Notes under the pieces: model-generated
What the model saw: only the letters and a program-made list of their open reading frames with translations
The model's database searches: none
What the model was told of the DNA's origin: nothing
Program-made: the position numbers and the translations under genes
Part shown: one piece after another, positions 51,055 to 60,516 of the stretch
Layout of the letters: each line of letters starts with the position of its first letter
Position numbering within the stretch: position 1 is the first letter of the stretch
Source of the DNA: Candidatus Latescibacterota bacterium
GTDB lineage: Bacteria > Latescibacterota > UBA2968 > UBA8231
NCBI GenBank assembly: GCA_965221775.1
Contig: CBDCSU010000006.1
Coordinates: forward strand, 1,504,001 to 1,568,000
DNA length: 64,000 nt
Reading direction: 5' to 3'

Positions 51055-51948
51055 TCAGTCCCGGTGCAGCCTGGCGATGCCGATGGCGCGCTCGCCGGAG
51101 CCCGAGTACAGCAGGTAGAGCCGGCCGTCCTCCTCGTAGATCCCCGGGTCGCGCAACTGGTGCACGAGGCCGGCCACGGCGCCGGGGCGCGACGGCTCGA
51201 CCGGCGCGCCCGCCCCCTCCCAGTCCAGCTCCGGCCGCAGCACCAGCCTCCCGGGGCCCGGCTGCCACTTCTCCCACGGCCGTGACAGATCCACCGCCGA
51301 CACCAGGATGCGCTCCGGAGAGTCCCCCTTGCGCGAGTAGAACAGGTGCAGGGTGCCGCCGTCGACCCAGGCGGCGGCGTGGCGGCACCCCGGCAGGATG
51401 GCCGCTCCCTCCTCGAAGGCGGTGAGCCCGTCTCGGGAGCGCAGGAACAGTCCGCCGCCCGGGCTCGGGCTCATGGCACAGGCGTAGAACCGCCCCCCGT
51501 GGGGAAAGACGCGGAAATAGGATGGCCCCAGGTCGGCGGGGTTCACCTGCCAGCACAGGCCGTCCTCCGACAGAGCCGCGTGCGACCGCTGTTCCCCTCG
51601 CCCCGTGGGCTGGTGGAAGTACATGCGCAGCCGGCGCTCCGCCGTGTCGACGTGCACGTCGGGGCTGGCGATGTGGTGGAGGCCGGGGCCCCGGTCCATG
51701 TGCAGGACCCCGGGCTCGGGGAGCACCGTCCACGGCCCCGTGAGGTCGTCGGCCCAGGCCATGCGCAGGTAGTGCCCGCCGTGGTGGGCGAAGTAGAGGT
51801 AGTAGCGCCCCAGGGGCCGCGGGATCCACGAGGGCACGCGGATCAGGGACGGTCCGTTGATGTTGGCCCCGCGCCCGCCCTCCAGGTTCGGGAGACGGGC
51901 GTGGATGATGGGCTCGGGGGAGAGGCGCTCGGCCCGGAAGTGGGTCAA
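51055..51948 (-). CDS. Five-bladed beta-propeller glycoside-hydrolase-like protein
   Basis: NINGPS, YYLYFAHH, ASPDV, SEDG and LRDP motifs. Confidence 0.7.
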   Translation of the reverse strand: MTHFRAERLSPEPIIHARLPNLEGGRGANINGPSLIRVPSWIPRPLGRYYLYFAHHGGHYLRMAWADDLTGPWTVLPEPGVLHMDRGPGLHHIASPDVHVDTAERRLRMYFHQPTGRGEQRSHAALSEDGLCWQVNPADLGPSYFRVFPHGGRFYACAMSPSPGGGLFLRSRDGLTAFEEGAAILPGCRHAAAWVDGGTLHLFYSRKGDSPERILVSAVDLSRPWEKWQPGPGRLVLRPELDWEGAGAPVEPSRPGAVAGLVHQLRDPGIYEEDGRLYLLYSGSGERAIGIARLHRD

Positions 51949-52060
51949 CGAAGGAGGGCTCCCGGAAGTTGCCGGTGGCTGCCGCGAAGTTCGCCATCGC
52001 CACCGGCGGCGGCAATCGGGCGCCTGTCCGGGCGGGGCCCGTTGTCCTAATCTCAGACCC

Positions 52061-53443
52061 GTGCAGACCCTCGATCACCGCAAGCGCCTGTTCGTCGACA
52101 TGGAGGACGTGGACGGCGCCGAGAGCGTGGAGCGCATGTTCCACGCCGCCGTCAAGCACCCGGACCCCGTGCTGCGCCAGGAAGCGGCGTGGGAGCGCCA
52201 CACGGGGATGACGGCGTCGGTGATCCACGACGAGGAGGAGGGGCTCTTCAAGGCCTGGTACATGGGCGGCCACTACGAGGAGGGCTGCGGCCACGTGCAG
52301 TGCCTGGCCACCTCGCCCGACGGCATCCACTGGGAACGGCCGGAGCTGAGGCTGCACGAGGCCCTCGGGTCGAGGCGCAACAACATCGTCATCCCGGCAT
52401 CCCACCATGAGGGCCAGGACCACTGGGAGTCGATGCTGAAGGACCCCGCCGACCCGGACCCGAGCCGCCGCTACAAGGCCCTCGGCTGGTCGAGCCACGA
52501 CTGGGACGGGCCGCGCTCCGGCATCTACTCGGCCACCTCGCCGGACGGTCTGCGCTGGGAGCACTCGCCGGACCCCCTCTTCCGCTATCACCCGCGGCCG
52601 GGCACCGGCGACCTGGGTCCCGTGGGCGACGCCCAGTCGCTGATGATCGACGCCGACGCCGGGCGCTGCGTCGCCTTCCTGCGGGGCCAGCCCGAGCGCC
52701 TGCTGAGCGTCAGCCGCGACTTCGTCGAGTGGACCCCGCCGCGGCCCTTCCTGTCGCCCCTGCACGAGGAGGAGGCCCTCTACAACAACACCGGCTTCCC
52801 CTACGGCGCCCACTACCTCGGCGTCCTCACCCACTTCGACAAGCGCCGCCTGCGGCAGACCCAGAGCCTGCGGCTGCTGACCAGCCGCGACGGCGAGCGC
52901 TGGAACCGGGCGCCGGCCGAAGAGCCCCTCGTCGGCCTGGGGGAGATCGGCGAGTGGGACCGCTTCCAGATCATGCTCACCGGCGCGCCCCCCGTCGCCG
53001 TGGACGACCGCCTGTACATCTACTACCGGGGCACCCCCCGCCGGCATGCCAAGATCCCCCGCGAGTACGACCCCCGGATCGCCGCCGACCAGCACACGGG
53101 GACGATGTCCATCGGCCTCGCCTTCCTGCGCCTCGACGGCTTCGCCTCGGTGGCCGGCAGCTTCGACGGAGGGCGGCTGACGACGCGTCCCTTCGAGCTG
53201 GCGGGCGGAGAGCTGCGGGTCAACGCCAAGGCGGACCACGGCTCCCTGCGGGTGGAGCTGCTCGACGAGGAGGAGGGCGTCCTGCCCGGGTACGGCGCCG
53301 ACCGCTGCGTCCCCATCGAGGAGGACGGGGTCGACCTGCCGGTGCGCTGGTGGGGAGCCCGCGGGTTGCCGCCGGGGCCGGTGCGGCTGCGGCTCCACCT
53401 CGTCAACGCACGGCTCTACTCCTACTGGGTATCCCCGGACTGA
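52061..53443 (+). CDS. GH32/GH43-clan-like beta-propeller protein with C-terminal beta-sandwich
   Basis: LFVD, FKAWY, repeated TSPDG.xW / TSRDG.xW, LYIYY and LRLDGF motifs. Confidence 0.75.
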   Translation: MQTLDHRKRLFVDMEDVDGAESVERMFHAAVKHPDPVLRQEAAWERHTGMTASVIHDEEEGLFKAWYMGGHYEEGCGHVQCLATSPDGIHWERPELRLHEALGSRRNNIVIPASHHEGQDHWESMLKDPADPDPSRRYKALGWSSHDWDGPRSGIYSATSPDGLRWEHSPDPLFRYHPRPGTGDLGPVGDAQSLMIDADAGRCVAFLRGQPERLLSVSRDFVEWTPPRPFLSPLHEEEALYNNTGFPYGAHYLGVLTHFDKRRLRQTQSLRLLTSRDGERWNRAPAEEPLVGLGEIGEWDRFQIMLTGAPPVAVDDRLYIYYRGTPRRHAKIPREYDPRIAADQHTGTMSIGLAFLRLDGFASVAGSFDGGRLTTRPFELAGGELRVNAKADHGSLRVELLDEEEGVLPGYGADRCVPIEEDGVDLPVRWWGARGLPPGPVRLRLHLVNARLYSYWVSPD

Positions 53444-53530
53444 CCGGCCTCCGCGCCGGACTCCTCCGGGCGGGTTCGGCCAGACCGTCCGCCTCCGGCG
53501 CAGGATCCGGCCCCGGAACTCCGCGGCGTG

Positions 53531-53702
53531 TTCAGCAGAGGGATCCTGCGCTGATCCACCACATCCCCGCTCCACAGACGGACCACGCCGCTGGCCAGGG
53601 GCCGCCCCGGCCTACTTCAGCAGCGCGACCTTGCGCTGATCCACCACATCCCCGCTCCGCAGGCGGACCACGTAGGCGCCGCTGGCCACGGGCCGGCCCC
53701 GG
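53531..53702. repeat. Imperfect ~80-bp direct duplication of the 3' end of the FG-GAP gene
   Basis: 53531-53610 vs 53616-53702 share tgcgctgatccaccacatccccgctcc and flanking similarity. Confidence 0.85.
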
Positions 53703-56656
53703 GCGTCGAGGCCGTCCCAGAGCGCCCGGTGGTCGCCGGCGGGCACCCAGCCGTCGACCAGCCGCAGAAGACGCTGCCCCGTCATGGAGAACACCTCCAG
53801 GCGCACGGAACCCGTCGTCTCGATCCGGTACGGGATGGTTACCCGGTGGTTGAAGGGGTTCGGCCAGGGCGCCTCGAGCACGGCCGCCGCCGGCAGGGCG
53901 GCCAGGGGGCCGGTCACGGCGGTGCTCGCGTCCCCGGTCCAGGCCCTCACGTAGCCGTCCGTGGTGAGCGCCACGAGGTCGAGGAAGCCGTCGGCGTCGA
54001 CGTCGGCCAGGGCCGGGTCGCTCGGCCGGCCCCCGGTCTCCAAGGTCCAGGGGTTGCGCAGCTCGCCGGCCTCCAGCTCCACCATGGCCAGTCCGGGCGG
54101 CCCGGGGAGGGCCCAGCGGCGTCCGCCCAGCCCGAGGAGGAACTCGTCCCGGCCATCGCCGTCGAGGTCGCCGGAGACCACGTCGGTCGTGGCGGGACCC
54201 AGGTCGATCGCCTGCAGCACGGCGCCGTCCGCAGGCTCCAGCAGTTGCACGCCCTCCGCGGTGGAGGCCAGCAGCTCCAGGTCGCCGTCGCCGTCGGCGT
54301 CACCCGGAACCATGAGCGACTGCACCTGAGTGTTGTTGAGGTACTCCGTCTGCCACCAGACCTCGCCCTCGGCCGAGAGCACGGCGTTCAGGTAGCCGCA
54401 GTGGCCCCAGATCAGCTCCGGGGCCGGGTCCCCGAAGAGGTCGACCAGCGCCGGGAAGGCGTAGCCCACGAAGGCGGGGGCGGCGAACATGGGCGACAGC
54501 CCCTCCCCGTAGGCCTGGCGCACGACCTGGGCGTCGCCGGTGACGCCGTCGACCACGTGCAGCCGGTCCGGCCACATGACCACGATCTCCTCCAAGCCGT
54601 CGCCGTCGACGTCCCCGGCGGCGCTCGGATGGCCTCCGAGGCTGCGGCCGCTGCCGTCGACGGGCAGGGTGTAGCCGTTGCTCTCCCAGACGACGGCGCC
54701 GGTCCCGCCGTCGAGGAGGAAACCGACCTCGCTGCCGATCTTGCCGCGGCGCAGAGTGACGAAGACGTCGTTGCGCCCGGCCTCGCGGAAGTGGCCGGTG
54801 TTCCACCAGGAGAGGCCGCTGAAGTTCCAGATCGGCATGCTGCCGTCGAAGCCGTCGAAGACGGTCTGCCAGAGTACCTCGCCCGCGGCGGTGACCGCCG
54901 CCAGGCTGGCGTTGCCGCTGGGCGCCTCGCGGGCGAAGAGGGTCTCCAGGGAGCCGTCGCCGTCGAGGTCGGAGGCGACCACTCCCCAGTGCCAGGGGGC
55001 GCTGTTCGTCTGGCCGTGGCCCTGCATCTGCCAGCGGACGCGGGCCTCGCCGTCGCCGCGCCGGGGCGCCTCCAGGCAGAGGACCTCCTCGTTGGCCGTC
55101 TGCACCACCACCTCGATGGTACCGTCGCCGTCGAGATCGGCGACCACCGGTGTGCCGGCGGGGGTGAAGCTCTGCCCGCTGAACTGGTGCAGCCGGGCCC
55201 CGGCGCCTTCCACCATGAGCGACTGGCCGGCGGCCCCCCGGCCCTTCCACGAGACCAGCGCGGCGGGGCCCTCCTCGCCGGTGGCCGTGGCCGCCGCCTG
55301 CAGGCGGGCCCCCGCCGGGCCCGCGACCGTCCACAGGTCCCGCACGGCGCCGCCGGCGCCCGCACCCCAGGCGGTCAGGGCCTCTCCCTCCGCGGCGGGG
55401 GTGACGACGAAGAAGTCGGACCGGCCGTCGCCGTCGGCGTCACCGGTGACGGCGGTGCGCAGACCGTCGGAGGCGCTTGTGTTCACCGTCAGGGGCAACT
55501 CGTCGAGGGGCCGGCTGCTGAAGGCGGCGCGGTCGTGCCGCCAGCGCTCCACATGGCCCTTCGAGTGGAGGGTCAGCACCGAGACCGGCGCATAGGGCGG
55601 CAGGGCCTCGCCCTCGGCCTGCGACAGGAACCACTCGGGGCGGCCGTCGGCGTCGATGTCGTGGAGGCCGTGGAGGTAGCGCCCGGGGAAGTCGTGGTCC
55701 GTCTCGCCGCTGAGGGCGTCGACGGCGATCGTGTGCCAGAGGCGGTCGCCGGTGTCGTCGTAGACGCTGTAGACGACCTCCACGGCGCCGTCCCCGTCGG
55801 CGTCGAGGAAGGCCGAAGGCCGGGGGCGCACCACCTTCGTCGTCTGCGAGGGATCGGGCTGGATCTCGCGGATCCAGCGCAGGGTCAGCCCGCTGCCGTC
55901 GTTGTCGATGACCTCGGCGTGCATGCTGAAGTCGGCGACGACGGCGAACTCGGGATAGGGGTCGTCGTCGATGTCGGCGGCGGCGAAGTGGCCGTAGTTG
56001 CGGTAGCCGTGGTAGCGCAGCTCCATCATCGTCTCGCCCGTGGCCCCGTGGAAGACGAGGATGCGGTAGTGGGTGGCCACCGCCAGGTCGAGCTGTCCGT
56101 CGGCATCGGCGTCGACGACGAGGACGTTCGGGGCCCATGTGTTCTCGAAGGGCTCGGTCTCCCACACGACCCGCGGCTCCCCCGTGTCGTAGGCCAGGAG
56201 ACGGCCCCGCTTCGGCTCCGCCCCCCCGTCGGAGAAGGAGTCGCCCATCTCGAAGCGCTGCAGACCGGGAACGCCGGGCAGGATGGCGGCCACCTTGTAG
56301 GCGTTGTACGCGTGCATGGGGACGAGAGCGCCGTCGCCGGCCAAGTCATGGAGCGGCGGACCCAGCCCCCAGGCCGACTGCTCGCGGCCGAGCCAGCCGG
56401 CGTCGAGGCCACCCGGGAAGGGCAATTGCAGGACCGGCGCACCCGCACCGGGGGTCACCGAGGCGTAGCCCTCCCAGGCGGCGATGTCATGGCGCCAGGC
56501 CTCGGCGGGAGGACCGTCCGTCATGCGGCCGGTGCCGGCGGCGCGGCCGCTCATGTGCCGGTCGCCGCGCAGCTGCAGCCAGCCGGACTCCTCGGCGGCG
56601 GCCGGAGCGGCGGCGGCCGCCGCCAGCAGGAGGAGCAAGGTCGAGATCGCCGTCAT
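53612..56656 (-). CDS. Secreted FG-GAP (integrin-like) repeat protein with C-terminal FlgD-Ig/T9SS-CTD-like domain
   Basis: Signal peptide, many DxDGDG repeats, and a PNPFN...WDG...VASGAY...LLK tail. Confidence 0.9.
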   Translation of the reverse strand: MTAISTLLLLLAAAAAAPAAAEESGWLQLRGDRHMSGRAAGTGRMTDGPPAEAWRHDIAAWEGYASVTPGAGAPVLQLPFPGGLDAGWLGREQSAWGLGPPLHDLAGDGALVPMHAYNAYKVAAILPGVPGLQRFEMGDSFSDGGAEPKRGRLLAYDTGEPRVVWETEPFENTWAPNVLVVDADADGQLDLAVATHYRILVFHGATGETMMELRYHGYRNYGHFAAADIDDDPYPEFAVVADFSMHAEVIDNDGSGLTLRWIREIQPDPSQTTKVVRPRPSAFLDADGDGAVEVVYSVYDDTGDRLWHTIAVDALSGETDHDFPGRYLHGLHDIDADGRPEWFLSQAEGEALPPYAPVSVLTLHSKGHVERWRHDRAAFSSRPLDELPLTVNTSASDGLRTAVTGDADGDGRSDFFVVTPAAEGEALTAWGAGAGGAVRDLWTVAGPAGARLQAAATATGEEGPAALVSWKGRGAAGQSLMVEGAGARLHQFSGQSFTPAGTPVVADLDGDGTIEVVVQTANEEVLCLEAPRRGDGEARVRWQMQGHGQTNSAPWHWGVVASDLDGDGSLETLFAREAPSGNASLAAVTAAGEVLWQTVFDGFDGSMPIWNFSGLSWWNTGHFREAGRNDVFVTLRRGKIGSEVGFLLDGGTGAVVWESNGYTLPVDGSGRSLGGHPSAAGDVDGDGLEEIVVMWPDRLHVVDGVTGDAQVVRQAYGEGLSPMFAAPAFVGYAFPALVDLFGDPAPELIWGHCGYLNAVLSAEGEVWWQTEYLNNTQVQSLMVPGDADGDGDLELLASTAEGVQLLEPADGAVLQAIDLGPATTDVVSGDLDGDGRDEFLLGLGGRRWALPGPPGLAMVELEAGELRNPWTLETGGRPSDPALADVDADGFLDLVALTTDGYVRAWTGDASTAVTGPLAALPAAAVLEAPWPNPFNHRVTIPYRIETTGSVRLEVFSMTGQRLLRLVDGWVPAGDHRALWDGLDARGRPVASGAYVVRLRSGDVVDQRKVALLK

Positions 56657-56714
56657 GGCTCGATCCCCTGGGCTCGAGTGAGGCGCGCACCAGGCGGTGG
56701 CCCATCCGCGCCGG

Positions 56715-56937
56715 CCGGCCGCGGCGCGGGCCACATGGGACGGGGGCGCCGCGGTGTCGAGACTGTGGGCGGCGGCGACCATCAGCCGCTGCGCAACGGC
56801 TTCCCCAGGCTACCCCGGCCGCCGCGCGGGCCACATCGGGACGGCGGAGCCGCGGTGTCGAGACTGTGGCCGGCGCCGACCCGGAGCCGCTGTACCACGC
56901 CTCCCAAGCTACCCCGGCCGACGGCGGCGAGCCACAC
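56715..56937. repeat. Imperfect tandem repeat, period 100 bp, about 2.2 copies
   Basis: gcgcgggccacat at 56724 and 56824; gccgcggtgtcgagactgtgg and gctaccccggccg each occur twice. Confidence 0.85.
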
Positions 56938-56986
56938 CGCTCGCCGCCGTTGTCGCCCTCCGGGGCCGCGGCTACACTCTGCCGGC

Positions 56987-58342
56987 ATGCGCTTCCCCGA
57001 CATCGGCCTGAGCGTGCCCCGCGTACTGCTGCCGCGCCCGGAGGTGGATCTCGAGGAGTGGGCGGTCATCGCCTGCGACCAGCACACCTCGAACCCCGAG
57101 TACTGGGAGGAGGCCGCCCGCCTCGTTGGGGACCGGCCCTCCACCCTGCACCTGGTCTTCCCCGAGGCCTTCCTGGAGTCACCCGGCCGCGGGGCCCGCA
57201 TCCGCCGCATCCACGGGCAGATGGAGAGCTACCTCCGGGACGGGGTGCTGCAGCCCCTGGAGCCCGGCTTCGTGCTGGTGGACCGGCGCACGCCGCACGC
57301 CGCCTCCCGCAAGGGCCTGATCGCGGCCCTCGACCTGGAGCGGTACAGCTTCGCGCCGGACGCCTCGACCCTGATCCGCACGACGGAAGGGACCGACCCC
57401 GGGCGCTTGCCGCCGCGGGTGGAGGTCCGCCAAGGGGCGGCCCTGGAGGTGCCCCACATCCTGGTCCTCATCGATGATCCGCAGGGCACCGTGATCGAGC
57501 CCCTCTTCGAGAGGGCGCTGCCCCTGCTCTACGACACGGATCTGATGCTGGGCGGCGGCCGCGTGCGCGGCTGGCACGTGACAGCGGAGGATGCGATCCG
57601 CCAGGCCGCCGAAGCCCTCACCCGGCTGGCGGCGCCGGAGGCGGTGTCCGAGCGCTACGGCCTCGAAGCGGGCGCCCCGGCGCTCTACGCCATGGGCGAC
57701 GGCAACCACTCCTTCGCCGCCGCGCGGGAGGTGTGGAACGGGGTCAAGGCCGAGGCCGGCGGTCTCGACGCGGCGGCCGGCCACCCGTCGCGGCACGCCC
57801 TCGTGGAGCTGGTCAACCTGCACGACCCCGGGCTGCGCTTCGAGCCGATTCACCGGGTGCTCTTCGGCGTCGACGGCGGCGAGATGGTGCGGGAGATGGA
57901 GGCACTCTTCCGCGACCAGGGCTCGGGTGTGCGGACCGATGTCTTCGACTCCCCCGCCCCCTGGCGCCGGGGCCGGGAGGACCTCGCTGCCCGCGGCCTG
58001 CATCACCTGCCCTTCGTCGCCGGACGCGAGGACGGCCCTCCCCGCTGGGGGATCGTCGTGGTCCACGACCCCCGGCATGACCTCGAGGCCGCTTCCCTGG
58101 ACGCCTTCCTCACCGACCTCGGCGCCCGGCGCGGCCTGCGCCTCGACTACATCCACGGCGAGGAGGAGGTCACCGAGTTGGGAACGCGCGCCGGCAACGC
58201 GGGGCTCCTCTCCCGGGCCCTCGACAAGCACGCCCTGTTCCGCACGGTGCTGCGCGACGGCCCGCTGCCGCGCAAGAGCTTCTCCCTCGGCGAGGCGGAG
58301 GAGAAGCGCTACTACATGGAATGCCGGCGCCTGATCCCCTGA
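56987..58342 (+). CDS. DUF1015 family protein
   Basis: WAVIACDQ, DLERY, TTEGT, AMGDGNHS, FEPIHR and LPRKSFS motifs. Promoter TTGTCG-17-TACACT lies 8 nt upstream. Confidence 0.88.
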   Translation: MRFPDIGLSVPRVLLPRPEVDLEEWAVIACDQHTSNPEYWEEAARLVGDRPSTLHLVFPEAFLESPGRGARIRRIHGQMESYLRDGVLQPLEPGFVLVDRRTPHAASRKGLIAALDLERYSFAPDASTLIRTTEGTDPGRLPPRVEVRQGAALEVPHILVLIDDPQGTVIEPLFERALPLLYDTDLMLGGGRVRGWHVTAEDAIRQAAEALTRLAAPEAVSERYGLEAGAPALYAMGDGNHSFAAAREVWNGVKAEAGGLDAAAGHPSRHALVELVNLHDPGLRFEPIHRVLFGVDGGEMVREMEALFRDQGSGVRTDVFDSPAPWRRGREDLAARGLHHLPFVAGREDGPPRWGIVVVHDPRHDLEAASLDAFLTDLGARRGLRLDYIHGEEEVTELGTRAGNAGLLSRALDKHALFRTVLRDGPLPRKSFSLGEAEEKRYYMECRRLIP

Positions 58343-58429
58343 CGGCGGCGATTGACAGGAGGGACCCCGAAGCGTCGCTTATCCCCCGGCAGCATGAAGC
58401 CGCACGGCCCCGCGGCAAGGAGGTGTCCC

Positions 58430-59212
58430 ATGCTCCGCAAGTCCCTGCCTTCCATCCTGTTCCTCGCCCTCTGCGTCCCTCCCCTTGCCGCCGCCGAGGA
58501 CAGCCTCGTCGGCACCTGGGAGGCGAGCGGCGAGGTCGACGGAGTTTCTATCACCACGCGCCTGGTCTTCCTGGACGACGGAAACTTCGAAGTCAGCAGC
58601 GTCAGCCGGACCGAAGATGGATACTGGAGACTGCCGGAGGTGGTCTTCGAGGAAGACGACGACCTCACCGCTGCGGAAGCCGATGCCCTGAACCAACTCT
58701 TCCGGGAGGCTTGGCCCGAGACCCCTCTGGAGGCCAGCACGCTCCTCGGCTCCGGTACCTACACGACCTCCGGCGACAGCCTCCGGCTGGAGTGGATCTC
58801 GGCCGACCTCAGGCTCGACGACAGGGATTTCACCGATTTCATGGTCTCGCACTGGATCCAGTTCGGTCTCACCTGGGAGGCGGCGATCCGGGCCTTCGAG
58901 GGACGCGACTTCCCCGAAGAGGACCGTCGGGCCCTCGAGGAGGAACTGAGGGTCCTCTACCAGGACATCCTGACCGCGGAGGTGATCCTCGACGCCCTGA
59001 ACGAATCCCCGCCAAGAGCCTTCGAGCTTCGCGATGGCGGCGAGGTTCTGGTTCTTCACTACCCCGAGATCCCCGTGGACGCCCTGCTGTTCCAGCAGGC
59101 GGAGCCGCGCGTCAGACCGCAGGCCAAACCGCTGACCTACCGCCGCGTCGACGTCGCCAGCGCGGTCTCGCCCGCCACCTGGGGCGGCGTTAAGTCCACC
59201 CTGGCGCCGTGA
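58430..59212 (+). CDS. Secreted protein with lipocalin-like start and C-terminal TWGxVK motif
   Basis: AAGGAGG RBS, signal peptide, LVGTW, tail ASAVSPATWGGVKS. Confidence 0.8.
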   Translation: MLRKSLPSILFLALCVPPLAAAEDSLVGTWEASGEVDGVSITTRLVFLDDGNFEVSSVSRTEDGYWRLPEVVFEEDDDLTAAEADALNQLFREAWPETPLEASTLLGSGTYTTSGDSLRLEWISADLRLDDRDFTDFMVSHWIQFGLTWEAAIRAFEGRDFPEEDRRALEEELRVLYQDILTAEVILDALNESPPRAFELRDGGEVLVLHYPEIPVDALLFQQAEPRVRPQAKPLTYRRVDVASAVSPATWGGVKSTLAP

Positions 59213-59282
59213 ACCCGCGCCGGGGCGGCACCACCTCTCCCCCCACGACATCGAGGACAGCCGAGTAGACGCCTGAGGCTGT

Positions 59283-59453
59283 CCCGCCCGCCGTCTGCAG
59301 CACCGCCAGCCGACCCGCCTCGGCACCGCAAGCGACCGAGTCCCTTCGAGGAATCCTACTCGAGGCCCGCCCGCCGTCTGCAGCACCGCCAGCCGTCCGT
59401 CTCGGCAGCGCAAGCGACCGAGTCCCCCCTTCGATGAAACCTGCTCGCGGCCC
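59283..59453. repeat. Imperfect tandem repeat, about 83-bp unit, two copies
   Basis: cccgcccgccgtctgcagcaccgccagccg at 59283 and 59366; cgcaagcgaccgagtccc occurs twice. Confidence 0.85.
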
Positions 59454-59687
59454 GGCCGCCGCATGGCGGACCGGAGCCGTCCCGACGCGGGAGGCGCCTG
59501 CCTCGAAGCTCTCTTCTTGCGCCTGAGGCAGCCGGTCCGCCCTCCGCCGCGAGACCCGCCCCCGACGGACCCGCAAGAGCTTCCCCCCGGAAGCGCCCCC
59601 CGCCTCCTTCCTGAGGGACCGGGCGGCCGTGGTCGGCGCCTTCCGCGCGCAATAGATTGACCGCGCCATGATGCCGAAGCCGACGAC

Positions 59688-60497
59688 ATGACGCCCTCCC
59701 AGTCCGTCGTCCTCGGCCTCGTCCAGGGTCTCACCGAGACTCTGCCCGTCTCGTCCACGGCCCACCTGCGCATCGTCCCCCACTACCTCGGGTGGGGCGA
59801 TCCCGGGCTCGCCTTCTCCGCCGCCATCCACCTCGGCACCCTGGCGGCGGTCCTCGCCTTCTTCGCCGCGGACATCCGCCGCCTCGCCGGGGCCGCGGTC
59901 GAGGGGCTCCGCCGGCGGGACCTGCGCCACTCCCCGGAGTGCCTCACCGCCTGGGCGATCGTGCCGGCCACGGTGCCCGCCGTCGTCTGCGGCCTGGGGC
60001 TGAAGGGCTTCATCGCCGGCGACGCCCGCGCCCTGCCGGTCATCGCCTGGGCGCTGATCCTGCTGGCTCCCTGCCTGCTGCTGGCCGAGCGCCTCGGGCG
60101 CCGGGACCGCGACCTGACGGAGCTCTCCTTCTGGCGCATCCAGGTGATCGGGCTGTTCCAGGCCCTGGCCCTGATCCCGGGGGTGTCGCGGTCGGGCTCG
60201 ACGATCCTGGCGGGTCTGCTCGTCGGCCTGCGCCGCGAGCAGGCGGCGCGGTTCGCCTTCCTCCTCGGGCTGCCCGCCATCACCGGCGCCGGCCTGCTGG
60301 AGCTGATGGAGCTTCTCGGCGCCGGCCCGGGAGGCGAGCAGGTTCTCAGCCTGGTCATCGGCATCGCCGCCGCCGCGGTGAGCGGCTACGCCGCCATCGG
60401 CCTGCTGCTGCGACTTCTCGAACGCTTCGGCACCCCTCCCTTCGCCGCCTACCGCGTCGGGCTGGGTGCCTTCATCCTCTTGACCCAGCGCGCCTGA
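59688..60497 (+). CDS. uppP: Undecaprenyl-diphosphate phosphatase
   Basis: QGLTETLPVSSTAH, HLGT and PGVSRSGST motifs; multi-TM. Confidence 0.94.
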   Translation: MTPSQSVVLGLVQGLTETLPVSSTAHLRIVPHYLGWGDPGLAFSAAIHLGTLAAVLAFFAADIRRLAGAAVEGLRRRDLRHSPECLTAWAIVPATVPAVVCGLGLKGFIAGDARALPVIAWALILLAPCLLLAERLGRRDRDLTELSFWRIQVIGLFQALALIPGVSRSGSTILAGLLVGLRREQAARFAFLLGLPAITGAGLLELMELLGAGPGGEQVLSLVIGIAAAAVSGYAAIGLLLRLLERFGTPPFAAYRVGLGAFILLTQRA

Positions 60498-60516
60498 GGC
60501 GCCCAAGGAAGACCGC

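Noticed and set aside
53531-53702. Diversity-generating retroelement TR/VR pair
   Set aside because: Mismatches are not adenine-specific, indels are present and there is no reverse transcriptase in the window.
56715-59453. CRISPR arrays at the two tandem repeats
   Set aside because: Only about two copies each, similarity across the whole unit, no unique spacers and no cas genes.
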